64,000 nucleotides of DNA from Psammoneis japonica. Taxonomy: Eukaryota. Every line of letters starts with the position of its first letter. Positions within the stretch are counted from its first letter, which is position 1. Position numbers and translations under genes: made by a program. Shown piece after piece: positions 45,830-56,867 of this stretch. The notes under the pieces were generated by a model. The model was not told the origin of the DNA. It worked only from the letters and a program-made list of their open reading frames with translations, and made no database searches. The stretch is taken from positions 14,365 to 78,364 of the forward strand of contig QPGO01000210.1 of NCBI GenBank assembly GCA_008632985.1, read 5' to 3'.

Positions 45830-48800
45830 TCCTCGCATCCCGAAAGATCTGCATGTTGCCATCACGCGCGACATGTCAGAAAAATGCGCGGCTGCTGCGC
45901 AGTTTCGCAAGATGTTTTGCTCGAACATCCATGACCTCACAATGAGACAGCAGCGCTTTACCTGCACCACCGCTGTTGACGATGGGCACCATCACAATGT
46001 CCCCTGCTCTGCCCCCACTTCTGCTGCTTCTCATTGTGGTGCTGCAATGTTGTGCCAGCTCACCTTGACAGTGCACTTTGGCGCACAGCATCTGGCTGCT
46101 GCCTGCGTGCGGTGTGCAAGAAAACGACATGGCGGGCAAAGCCTTCCCTCCCAGAAAATGAAGCAGAGGGCACCAGAATCAAGTCACAAGGAGAGCGCAA
46201 GATTGGCATCAGGGGAAATGGTGAAGCGGCCCCCAAAAAACTGCGCAGATCTGCCGCAACAACAAAGCGCAGCTGCGGGAGCTCTGGGCAGCTGCCTCGC
46301 TTGCTGAGTCAATGGCCGGCGGGATTGACAAACAGTTTTTGATGTCAGTGCACAGGGGGGGGTGCAGTCTGGTGGCANTTGCACCTCTTTCCTCAAGTCT
46401 TTGTCTCACAAAGATGCCGCAAGCTGGGGAGGGTCGAGGCTGCTCTGCAGCCCACGAGAGCTGCTGTCCATGTCAGAGGCGCCCTTGCCGCCGGCACAAG
46501 CCAGTGCAAGCTCTGTGGACAAGCTCCATCTGCCTGTCTGCTGCCTGCCCATGAACCTGCCAAATCAAGTGCTGCGACCAGCACTGCAGAGCCTTCAAGG
46601 GCACATGAAAAGCTGGGCCTGAAGCTCTGCGGTGCACTGGGCAGGGCTTCAGCCCCAAGCGATGTGCCTTTGGACTTTTTTCTTGTTTGTGAGCTGGTTC
46701 TTTGTCCAAAAAAGCTTTGTTTGTGCACCCATGCTGGCAGTTTTTTGAAGCTCTTTTGAAGGGCTGGCTTGAGAGTGTGCTGAATTGGAAACGGTGCGAA
46801 GCCACACAACAACCTTGCTCTGCCTGGAGCTGGAAAGCACCGCTGCCTCCATCTGCCTGTCTGCTGCCGGTCCATCAGCCTGCTCAATCCAAGCATGCAT
46901 GGTGATTGTCCCTTGTGTCAACAAGGGCTGTGGCCAGCACTGCAGAGCCTTGAAAGGCACATGGAAAAGCTGGGCCCCAAGCTCTGTGGTGCACTGGGGG
47001 CAGGGCTTCAGCCAGCCCCAAGTGAGGCAGGTGCCTTTGGACTTTTTTCTTGTTTGTGAGCTGGTTCTTTGGCCACAAAAGCTTTGTTTGTGTGCCCATG
47101 CCAGCAGACTTTTGAAGCTTTTGAAGGACTGGCTTGAGAGTGAGCTGTGTTGGAAATGGCGCAAAGTCGCGCAACCTTGTTCTGCCTGGAGCTGGAAAAT
47201 GCTGTTGGAGCTGCAAGCCACCTGCTTCCTTTTGCTGCTCAAGAGAAGCCACAGACCCAGAGACAGAGAAGCCCACAGCAGTTTTGACCCAAGCCTTCCG
47301 GGGTTCGGCATCAACCATGGGGCCACGCATGGAGCAGGTGGGCCTCAGAGTGGTGCTGGCCTTTGTGCAGCCCTTGTTGGGGCTGGAAGCAACAAGCTCA
47401 TCTTGTGGGGTGTTGCGCTGTGGTGGGCAGAGTGCACGTGGCAGGTGTCATGCCACAGCCAAGTTTGTCACCCTGCCACTTCTCTTTTGGCTGGTGGTTC
47501 TTGGGTTCTTCAGCACACAGTCATTTCTGTGGCCCTGGCTGCATCTGCTTTGACAACTGCAGCAGTTGTTCCCTCTGTGGCACAGAGCACCAGTGTGGGC
47601 TCTGGTGGAGTGTGCTCTTGAGAGCAGCGGCCACTTTTGTCTTGCACTTTGTGGGGTTGACCAGTTGTTTGTGATGTGCAAGGAGGGCCAGCATGAATTT
47701 GGCTTCTTCTGGGGGGCAGCTTGAGCCCCAACATCCCTGTGCTTCAAATGCCATCAGGAGGCTGTGCTGGTTCTTTGAAGGTCTTCTCAGCAAGAGCGTG
47801 CTTGAGCACAGCATCTCATGTGTTGTGCAAGCAAAGGTGCTGCCAGTCTTGCTTGCTGCTGCAATCAGCAGCAGCTGGGAAAAGCCCTGACATCATCTGA
47901 GATCGGAGGTTGTTGGCACACACCTGTGGAGACAGAAACAGCTTCCCAAAGCCATGCCAGAAGTGCCCCAAATCACAAAAACAAAACATCATCCAAGGTC
48001 AGACATTGAGCTGCCATTGTTTGTCATGCAGGGCTGCAAGCATCTCTTTCAACACACGTGCAAAAGCTGGACAGCTTGGTCATCACAGAGTTTCTTGGCA
48101 GTGTCCTCCAGAAGGCCACAGCTCCACCTTTTGTCCTCTGCCTTCAATCCAAAGCACAAAGCTTCAAGCCAGGCAAACTTCTTGGTGACAAGCACACTGT
48201 CACCAAGTTGGGCAACTTTCTCTCATGTTGGGAAGCTCTCAAGATGCTCCTCTTGGATCAACCCAGACTGGTGCCACTTTGCTGCAATGCCCAGCTGGGG
48301 CAGCTTGGCATGGAGAGGCAACACTTGGTTGACAAGATTTGTCACTTTCTTTTGGGCTCACGCTGAAGCAGAACTCCACCAAAGCAAAACACAGCCACAC
48401 GCAGAGCATGATTCAAAAACAGACAGGCTCCCGGAGGGGGGGGGGGAGGCAACAAGTGTTGCTGTCTTGGCATCCCGCCCACCCCTCTTTTTGAGTGGGA
48501 TTCTTTGCACCCCGTTTTCTTCTGTGTGCTGCTTGCTTGCTGCAGACTTTTGTTTGTGCTGGCAAAAGCATCTGGTGGGTGTGACCACACAAATCCAAAT
48601 TGCAACTTTTGAGCTGAGCACCACAGAGAGAACAGTCCCTTGATGTCCCAAGGCACCATCTGGCAAAATCAGCACATGAGATGGACCATCTCCAAATGTT
48701 GCTTCTGGCAGCCAGACAATCTTTGTGTTGCACTCACTGCAATGCAGTGCGCCCATTGCCCACCACTTCACTTTTTCATTTTTCTCAACATCTTGTGTTT

Positions 48801-50584
48801 TTCAACTCTGTCATGCACTTGGCTGCAAAAGTGCACAGCACGGCTGTGAAATGATGAGGTTCTGTCTTCCCAGAGTTGTGCTGCAATCAGGTGCGGAGCC
48901 TCGTGGATGCTCTAGAAAAATGGAATCTTGACAAAAACAGCTTCAGAAAAAACACTTTTCTTGTCATTTCTTGTGTCTGCAACTCTCTTTGTTGGCATCA
49001 ACAACAACACCAGAATTGCCTCCAATGCCACAGCAAAGAGAGTGTTTTTGGTCATTGCACACAACATCCACTTGGCTGCGCTTGTCACAACTTGAGCACA
49101 GCTGTCCAGCTGCAGGCAAAGGCCAACCAAACTTCTTTGCTCTCGTGCGGGGATGTCAAAGTGAAGTTGCCTGCAGATGCTGGAAACCATGTCTGCGGTT
49201 GTTGCAACAGCATTTCAGAGGGTGTTGTTGCCAAAAACATGTTTTGTCACACAAACAGCATCAACACAATGAAACAGGGGCACTCCTGCTTTGCTCTGCC
49301 CTCTCTTCTGGAATGAAAGAGAGAGCAACAGCTGACCAAAGCAGGTCTCTTTGCTTCCAGCAGCTGAGAGCAGCAAGAGAGCAGAGGATCTCCACAAAAC
49401 ACACCACAACACTGACAGACATTTGGACCTGATGGAGTCATGCAACATCCACTCCTTTCCACTGTGTTTTCCTGTGGCCACTGGACATCAACTGAAAATG
49501 CAAGAATCATCACAACAGAGAGCCGCGCCACCTTGACCTTGCAGGCTTGAGGTGTTCGAGTTGTTTTGTTGCTGCTCAGCAGCTGCTTCAAAAGCTCCTG
49601 ACAAAAAGTGACTTTTTCAACTTCCAGGGCTGAACTCTCAGGAACAAACTGTGTTGGCATGATGCATCAAAACAAGGAGAGGCTCCAAGACCTGGTCTCG
49701 TGTGCACGCGGCCAATGTCAGAACCAAAGCAATGGGCCCAAAGAGAGAGATGTCACAACAGCACCCACTGATCCAGCAAGAAGCACATCAGTTGATGACA
49801 GCTCATGTTGCCTTTAACAGTGAACACCAAGTCCTCCCATGATCTGGATGAAAATCAGCTGCAGACAAGAAGCCCCCCCACAACTTGGGTGTCGTTTGAA
49901 AAGTGTGGCCATTTGTGCTGTCAAGATCATCGCCATTGTTGGTGTCTGCATCAGATGGAGCATGACAGCATGGGCCCAAGGGGACAGTGAAGACTTTGTT
50001 TTCCACTCAGGAATGAAGTCACGCTGAATGTTTTGCAAGGAAATGAGCCCAGGTGTCAGTCATTTGAAAAGCCAAGTGTGTGCTGCCAACTGGAAAGTCA
50101 GGGTCGGAGCAGATGGAACCCAAGGGGTTTGAGCTGGTGTTTTCACAGAAAAAATGACAAAGGCCAGAAACAAATTTGTTTCCACCCACACTCAAAATGG
50201 TTTTCCTCCTCCCAGCGTCAGCTGTGCTTCGACAAGAAGACACCAGAAAAACAACAAGTGGGGGGGGGGGGGGCGGCGCAAGCTTCAGGAAATGGTTGCG
50301 CTGCTGTGGATGCTGACATCAACAATGACGAGAATGATGTGATGATGACTTGGCTGGTGTCGAGGATGCAGAGGAGGTTGACACCGCAGCTTCAAACAAC
50401 AGAGCAACATGGTGGTTCGCTGATGATGTGTTGATTGTTGTTTCTGCGATGCGTGCTCTGTGTGGGGGTGGATCGGCACTCGTGACTGACAGATGAAAAA
50501 ATCGAAATGTCGCCGATCCAATTGCCCCCCTCGACAATGGTGCAACAAGCTTGTTGCTCCTGCTGTCTGCTGCACTGCACAGCA
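45830..50584. repeat. Heavily decayed TA-depleted tract with an internal ~300-bp direct duplication; insertion target of the copia
   Basis: Essentially no TA. 46579-46850 resembles 46935-47200. The tract continues on the other side of the copia (56874-57150). One N at 46378. Confidence 0.75.
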
Positions 50585-50792
50585 TGTTTAAACACTCAAA
50601 AGCAGATCAGCAGCGGCAGCTGGTGATGACTGGTGAGTGTTGGGGCGATCAAACAGGTGTTGCAATGACAGCTGTGGCAAAATTGTGAGGATGTGAGAGG
50701 CTCCTCGTCTCTCATTGAAGACCGATGTTCATGAGTCATTTTTGGGACAGTGAGTCATAATGCAATGACGCATGAAATATGACATCTTCACA
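50585..50792 (-). repeat. 3' LTR (208 bp)
   Basis: Direct repeat of 56661-56867, adjacent to the PPT TGAGAGGGAG (minus strand). Confidence 0.95.
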
Positions 50793-50861
50793 CTCCCTCT
50801 CATTTTGATCTCATGCATCTCAAAAATGAAGGTTTGACGCACTTTGCGCGCGAATCCACTT

Positions 50862-53800
50862 TTAAAGCACTTCAAATACCTGCCAACCCATTGCTTTCGG
50901 TCGCAACCAAAGCAGAACGTCCAGATTGACCGCTTTAGTTAGAAAATCGGCCAATTGTGCAGCAGTGTCGATAGAGTGGATTGAGATCTCCTTTCGACTG
51001 ACACAGTCACGGAAATGGTGCAGCTTCACGTTGAGGTGCTTGGTGCGCGGTCTGTGCTCATGTGCCTTCGCCATTTCCAGCGCGCCGCTGTTGTCCTCAA
51101 AAACTTTGCAGTGCATCTTCGCCGTCGTCGAGTTGATTGGACACCCTCGCAACTTCAGTTCCTTCAACATTTCCATCACAGGGATGGCCTCTCGCAAGGC
51201 ATGCGACAATCCGGTGTGTTCACTTTCGGTGCTGGACAACGCCATTTCAGTCTGTAGCTGAGACTTCCAAAGGATCGGACAACCAGCGTAAGTGATGACA
51301 TACCCGTGACGGGATCTTGCGGTGTCTCTGTCGCTCGCGGCTTCCTTTCGATCCCAATTGCCGCTGAAGTCGGCGTCTACGTACACCTCCAAATCCTTTT
51401 TGGAATCTGGTTTCAGAATTGCACCTTTGTCTCTCGTGGCATGCAGATGTCTGCCTAGCCACCGTATGGCCTCGCCATGTTCTACCTTCGGGTCTGCAGT
51501 GAATCTCGCGCACTGGTGCGCAATGTATGCGATGTCGCTTCGGGTGCATTTCTCCAAGTAATTCAGCTTACCGATGATCGACCTGTAATTGAAGGAATTG
51601 TCAAATGGTCTTGATTCTGAATGCCTGGATAGGAGCTTGGATGAAGCTGCAGGTGTGTCTTTTCCGACGACACTCGGTTTATCAAGTCGCAAGTCTTTCA
51701 GAATCTGGTTGATCAGGTGGGGTTGCGTCAGGTGCATCGTTCCATCCGACTTTCTGGTGATGTTTATGCCAAGGAAATCTTGAATGTCGCCTTCCACCGT
51801 GACATCTAACTTTGCTTGCTTGATTTCCTCTATGATCTTGTTGATCTCAGATTCATCAGGGCCTGCGAGCAAAGAATCATCCGTGTGGAGAAGGCAAATC
51901 GTTTTTCCGCGATAAAACACACACTCGTCGACCTTGGATTGCTCGAAACCCAACTTGTTGACTAACTTGTCCACGAGACACTTGTTCCAGACTCGCCCTG
52001 CCTGCTTCTGCCCGTGTGCATTCCGATGCAAGCGTAGGACATAATCCTTGGTGTTGGCGCCTTCGAGCTCGAATCCGGACGGAATCTCCATGTAGAGATC
52101 CTTTTCGACCGGTGCTTGAGGAAAAGCGAGGACATAATCCAGTTGCTTTGAATGCCACCCATGTGCTCCCACTAAGGCAAGCAGCAGCTGCATTGAATTT
52201 CGTGATGCAACCGGCGCACACGTCTCATCGTAGTCTTTTCCTTTTCTCATCCTCGAGCCGTCAATGTTAAGTCGCGCTTTCCACTTCTTCACCTTTCGGG
52301 TGCGCACGTCTCGCTTTCGCTTCATTTGCCACACTGCAGGTAGCACTTTTCTGTCTTGTTTCACCTGTGATCTTGGAATGATGGAGTGGTTTCCATTTTC
52401 CATTTGATCCTTCACCTCTTTTTGCATCGCCTTGAGGAACTCCTTGCGGCCCGGTTCTTTCATGGCTTGGTGCATGTACATGGTGTCAGGATCTGCTGAT
52501 GCTTTGTGGGCAAGGAGGGGATTTGCGACTTCTTCTTGGAGGGCTTGCGAGTCTCGAGGATGCAGTGCGGCCAAGCACAGCAGTTCTCCTTCGACGCCTC
52601 CTTCAGTGTCTTTCTTGATCTCAGTCTCCATGGACTCAATCAATCTGCTGACCGGTTGGCTCTTGCGCCCTGATCGTGTCACTTTTGGTTCAGCATGACC
52701 GTCTCGTGCTTGATCAGACTCGCCCTCATGTGGAGGTGCTTCTAGAGATTCAGTCCTTTCGGATGCGTTGGCCTTGTTGTGATTGGGCTCTCGGCGCATC
52801 TCTCGTTCGGACACCGATTGGCTGTCGGTTACTGCAGTGTCGCCATCTTGTGGCCGTGTTAGTTGGTCAGCCCAACGAATGGTTCTTCGTTTCTTGCCTT
52901 GCCCCGCTCCCTCTGAAGCTCGTGCGCGCTTCTTCTTGGGACGATCCGGAGCACTTGTGGGAGCCGTTTTGGTCTCGCCACTCTTCTTGGTTCCTTTTGT
53001 CTCCCTCTGAGCAACGAACTTGGCTTTTACTTGCCACAGAGAATCGTAAGTGTCTTGCTTCAGCGTGTGGAATGATGGATCAAATTTTACGTGGAACTGT
53101 GGACTCACCAGTGCCGACTCTCGGTCGAGTGCCAGGGCCACGTTCTTGCCATGTTGTGGGCTTCGGCCTGAGCACATTCCAACCCTTGATCTGTCTTTCC
53201 ATTTGTGGTGCGGCAGACCTGATTGCAATGTGGAGTCCAATGCGTACACTGGGCAACCAAATGGTTTCCAGTGCTTTGGATTGGTGGCAACTTTCGTGTT
53301 GGAAAACAGCTGGAGTGGGCTTGATCGGTCTTTGTGTTGGAGGTTGGGCGCATGATTGATGGCGTCACAGGCCATGCGAATCGCGCAGGGCCATAAATTT
53401 GCGGCAATGCACTTCTTCCAGCGGCTGTTGGCATGGATCAACATTGTTCGGGCGAGCTCTTGGAGCTCTCGGATCCGTCGCTCCGCCGTGCCATTTTGGT
53501 GATGAGCGCCCACGGCAGCGAACGTCAGTTGTTGCCCTTGTCTCCTGCACGCATGCACCCAGTCGTTGGCCTTGAACATTCCGTTGTCAGCATGGCAAGC
53601 CTGAACGGTCACGCCACAACTCTTTGCATGCAACTCGAAAGCTTGTTTTCCCTCTGACGTTTCAGCTGCCGTTGCTGTCTTTTGCAGACAAACGCAACCC
53701 AATTTGGAGTGCTGGTCGACATAGACTGTGGCGCACTTGCACCGTTTTGTGGTCAAGAAGCCCGTCATTTGTGCGATTGGACCCGGTGTCGGAGACACCA

Positions 53801-55010
53801 ATTGATCCACTGAGACAATTTGGCCTGGTTTTGTTGGAGCTTCTATCTTGGCATCATCGTTCCGTGCCTTGTCGCGCCATTTTCTCTTGGTCGCCTTTGC
53901 GCACAGGCATGCCGAGCAAGCAGGTACGTTGCACTTTGCGAGCCGTCTTGGTAGAATGCCCATCTTTGCCATCCATTGCAACTTTGTGAAGCCAATGTGC
54001 CCAAATTGTTGGTGGCACTTGAGGAGCAGCGCCGCATCCGTGTCTGGCTGTCTGTCTTCTTCATCTTCCACCACTCGTGGCGGTGGAGCAGTCGGCACTC
54101 CCTCTGAGTTGCCACTGCTTGTTGGCCCATTTATATCAAACGTTGCTCCCAGTGGGCAGACGCGCTGATCGGTGGCCAACCCTGTCTCTTGCGCTGCCTC
54201 CTGGGGTTCAGGTTGCCATTCCTTGGCGATGCTTTTTGCATCGCATTGGACATCCGTCTCTTCCTCGTCCTCGTCATCACTGACGACTGCTGCATCTAGT
54301 GCAAGGAGAGGATCGTCTGCTTCTTTCGCTGGATCGATGTCCGCGTCGGCGCAAAATGCTTCGAACTTCTGATAACCCGGTGCTAAGCGGAAGGTGGCTA
54401 CGTTCGTAGTCTCGCTCAACGGCATAGTCAGTCGATGCTTTCGTTGGTTCCAGAACAGTGTGACCTCTTTCGAGTTTGTCTCTGATCCAGTTCCTTCGAT
54501 CGGCTTGTTGTCTCTCAGTGCCTTTGCCCAGTGTTGGGGACTTAGCAGGCGGACCTTGCCGTCAGGTACGTAGAATGAGTTGGGGATTACGAACTTGTGT
54601 GTCTTTCCCTCATCGTCACTCCATCTCCATGGCAGGGTGCCAACTTTCACACCTGTAGTTCGAGAGCCACCGAATCCCTCAATGGCTCTTCTTGTGTCTC
54701 TCAGCTCGCCAATGAAGTCTTCTGTTCGGTCGGACATGCAACCTGTGCATCTGTTGTCCACTCCGACTGGCCCAGAATCGGTGTCAAACGTGACGGTGTG
54801 CTCTTTTATGTGTTTCCCTTCGGCTTGCATGGCCACCATGGCTAGCGCCATAATCGAGCCCCATGTTCGCCTCTTCTGTCTGGGTTTCACCTTTGTTGCG
54901 GCACGTTGGATCTTGATTGTTCTCCCTCTTCTGGGTTTGTTGGCAGTGGTGATGCTTTCTACAATCTGCTCAATGCTGGTCCCCATCTTGTGTGTGCCTT
55001 CAGTGAGCAT
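50862..55010 (-). CDS. pol: Copia pol polyprotein (protease, integrase, RT, RNase H); open but missense-damaged
   Basis: 1382-aa ORF with GVDNRCTGCMS (protease), H..FGH..C..C (integrase HHCC), VSVDQ/HADNG/QNG.AER (DDE), KARLNIDG, HTDD (for Y.DD), VYVDADFSG and FEDNSGA. Confidence 0.93.
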   Translation of the reverse strand: MLTEGTHKMGTSIEQIVESITTANKPRRGRTIKIQRAATKVKPRQKRRTWGSIMALAMVAMQAEGKHIKEHTVTFDTDSGPVGVDNRCTGCMSDRTEDFIGELRDTRRAIEGFGGSRTTGVKVGTLPWRWSDDEGKTHKFVIPNSFYVPDGKVRLLSPQHWAKALRDNKPIEGTGSETNSKEVTLFWNQRKHRLTMPLSETTNVATFRLAPGYQKFEAFCADADIDPAKEADDPLLALDAAVVSDDEDEEETDVQCDAKSIAKEWQPEPQEAAQETGLATDQRVCPLGATFDINGPTSSGNSEGVPTAPPPRVVEDEEDRQPDTDAALLLKCHQQFGHIGFTKLQWMAKMGILPRRLAKCNVPACSACLCAKATKRKWRDKARNDDAKIEAPTKPGQIVSVDQLVSPTPGPIAQMTGFLTTKRCKCATVYVDQHSKLGCVCLQKTATAAETSEGKQAFELHAKSCGVTVQACHADNGMFKANDWVHACRRQGQQLTFAAVGAHHQNGTAERRIRELQELARTMLIHANSRWKKCIAANLWPCAIRMACDAINHAPNLQHKDRSSPLQLFSNTKVATNPKHWKPFGCPVYALDSTLQSGLPHHKWKDRSRVGMCSGRSPQHGKNVALALDRESALVSPQFHVKFDPSFHTLKQDTYDSLWQVKAKFVAQRETKGTKKSGETKTAPTSAPDRPKKKRARASEGAGQGKKRRTIRWADQLTRPQDGDTAVTDSQSVSEREMRREPNHNKANASERTESLEAPPHEGESDQARDGHAEPKVTRSGRKSQPVSRLIESMETEIKKDTEGGVEGELLCLAALHPRDSQALQEEVANPLLAHKASADPDTMYMHQAMKEPGRKEFLKAMQKEVKDQMENGNHSIIPRSQVKQDRKVLPAVWQMKRKRDVRTRKVKKWKARLNIDGSRMRKGKDYDETCAPVASRNSMQLLLALVGAHGWHSKQLDYVLAFPQAPVEKDLYMEIPSGFELEGANTKDYVLRLHRNAHGQKQAGRVWNKCLVDKLVNKLGFEQSKVDECVFYRGKTICLLHTDDSLLAGPDESEINKIIEEIKQAKLDVTVEGDIQDFLGINITRKSDGTMHLTQPHLINQILKDLRLDKPSVVGKDTPAASSKLLSRHSESRPFDNSFNYRSIIGKLNYLEKCTRSDIAYIAHQCARFTADPKVEHGEAIRWLGRHLHATRDKGAILKPDSKKDLEVYVDADFSGNWDRKEAASDRDTARSRHGYVITYAGCPILWKSQLQTEMALSSTESEHTGLSHALREAIPVMEMLKELKLRGCPINSTTAKMHCKVFEDNSGALEMAKAHEHRPRTKHLNVKLHHFRDCVSRKEISIHSIDTAAQLADFLTKAVNLDVLLWLRPKAMGWQVFEVL

Positions 55011-55326
55011 GGTCCACCCTCGTCGTACCCGGTGCCATCTCTTCCGTTTCGGCGTGCATCCGGGCTTGTCAGTTGGGGTCGGTCGCGTAGAAGTAAATGT
55101 AGATCAGGACCATCGCTGTCGACAGTAAAATTAGAGCATGAGCTAGCAGCTTTTGTTCAATCACTCGTTTGTTTTCAAATGAGAGCGACGTCATTATAAT
55201 GGTCATGTGGTTGCAGGCGAATGCCTGCCAGGCGAAGAGCGCAGTTGCCTTGATGATCGCAAAACACTTCGACGCCATGGTTTCCAACCCATGTCCATCA
55301 CAACCGCTGCAGCCGTGCTCAAGGAG

Positions 55327-56638
55327 TCATTGAGACTCCTCGCCCGAGTCCTGCCCGTCCACTGCGGCTTGGCATGCTTTGTTGAGCTTGAGCCGTGGGT
55401 GTCCGTCAGGTCCCTTCTGTTTCTTGTGGGGTGGTGCTGTAGACTCGTTTTTCTGTGGCTTGTTCTTGCCTTCTCTGCCTTCACATTGGGAGGGCTTGTG
55501 GACACGCCACTTGCCAGAACACTTGCCGCCGGCACTCTTCTCACACCAACAGCATGCGGTGCCTTTCCAAGTTCTCGGGTTGGTTGGCTGGTCTCGTTTG
55601 GGACGCCTGTGTTTCTTCAACCACGCAGGCTTCCCGTCTTTCTGAGCACCTTGAGACGCGTCGTGGTCTTTTCCCTTGTTTCCCGTCTTCTTGTGGGATT
55701 TCTTGCTGAGGGCCTCCACTTGAGCTTGGAGAGCCAAGATCTTTTCTTCAGACGCACTGGGGGTGTTCCACAGCAATTTCTGAAGCAGGTTCTTGCACTT
55801 GTTGCCTGCGAGGTTCATAAAGTTGCGACGCCGACATGTCCTCGCCCTCTTCACACTGTTCTTGCTTGCGCTCGATGCACTTGACAAAAACTTTGTCGGA
55901 AGCAGCCAGGCACCCCTTGAAGAGGTTCGCAAGCAGGTCCTCAGTGGTTTCGCCTCGTGACTTAAGGGCGGCAAGCAACAATGCCACGTGCTGGTTGAAC
56001 TTCAAGATGTCATGACCGATCGTTGGGAGACAGAGGTCGAGTTGACTCAATTTCGTTCGGATCGCACTCGTCGTGGCGTTCGCATCGAGGTGGGATTCTC
56101 TGATGATGATCTTGAGAAGGAGATTTCCGGACATACGATCTCCGATCTTGCACTCTGATTCCCAGATCCTCACTTTATCCTTTCCGGCTTTCGATGTGGA
56201 GTTCATCAGGCAGCGATGCGCTAGACAGGTGTCTTGCGCTGCGCGACTCTCGTTGCCGATGTGGGATTCTTCAAAGCCCCGGATCCTCTCTGGGTCCATC
56301 TGACCACAGTCGGTCAACAGATTAGACCTCTCGGATTCCAGGATGTCTTCGTGGTCTTCTGGGATCATGAATGTTCCGTTCTCATCATTCCACCCAAACT
56401 CTCTGGCTCTGTCTTCCAAGTTCTTGAGGAACTGGCACAGGTCTCCTGGTTCACAATCGAACAATTCCTCGTCCAGCGGCTTGGTGGCTTGCTCAAAAAG
56501 CTTACGACCCGCACTCGAACGACAATCGATGACCGTGGTGATCGCTTGTGCCGGAGCCAATGCAAATGGGACATCTTCGGGAACATCTCCTAGCTCCGGT
56601 CCAGAAACGGACGAAGCGTCTGAAGAGGCGTCAGACAT
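55327..56638 (-). CDS. gag: Copia gag (1-nt frameshift at ~55820)
   Basis: PFALAPAQA, SGNLLLKIII, DILKFNQHV and LLANLFKG in the first frame. The second frame carries the C-terminal knuckle WKGTACCWC...WRVHKPSQC. Confidence 0.85.
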
Positions 56639-56645
56639 GTTACTC

Positions 56646-56660
56646 AGCGCAGAGGAAGCG
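56646..56660 (-). other. Putative primer-binding site complementary to the D-arm of initiator tRNA-Met
   Basis: The + strand AGCGCAGAGGAAGCG(TG) directly abuts the 5' LTR and resembles eukaryotic tRNA-iMet GGCGCAGCGGAAGCGUG (recalled from memory). Confidence 0.65.
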
Positions 56661-56867
56661 TGTTTAAATCTCAAAAGCAGATCAGCAGCGGTAGCTAGTG
56701 ATGACTAGCAAGCATTGGGGCGATCAAATAGGTGTTACAATAACAGCTGTAGTAAAATTGTGAGGATGTGAGAGGCTCCTCGTCTCTCATTGAAGACCGA
56801 TGTTTATGAGTCATTTTTGGGACAGTGAGTCATAATGTAATGACGTATGAAATATGATATCTTCACA
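56661..56867 (-). repeat. 5' LTR (207 bp)
   Basis: Direct repeat of 50585-50792; retains most TA sites. Confidence 0.95.

Larger units (their letters stand above)
50585..56867 (-). mobile_element. Full-length Ty1/copia (CoDi-like) LTR retrotransposon, 6283 bp
   Basis: Paired LTRs TG..CA at 50585-50792 and 56661-56867. Flanking direct repeat ACAGCA (50579-50584 and 56868-56873). PPT at 50793-50802. Domain order gag, PR, IN, RT, RH. Confidence 0.97.

Noticed and set aside
1..55010. Alternative genetic code (Cys/His codons read as Tyr)
   Set aside because: Neighbouring host genes use normal Tyr codons at conserved positions. The change is confined to repeats and also affects non-coding LTRs.
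50585..56867. Classical RIP (CA->TA) or CpG deamination as the explanation for the LTR divergence
   Set aside because: CpGs are identical in both LTRs, and conserved Tyr codons are lost with no premature stops gained in pol. Both point to TA->CA/TG.
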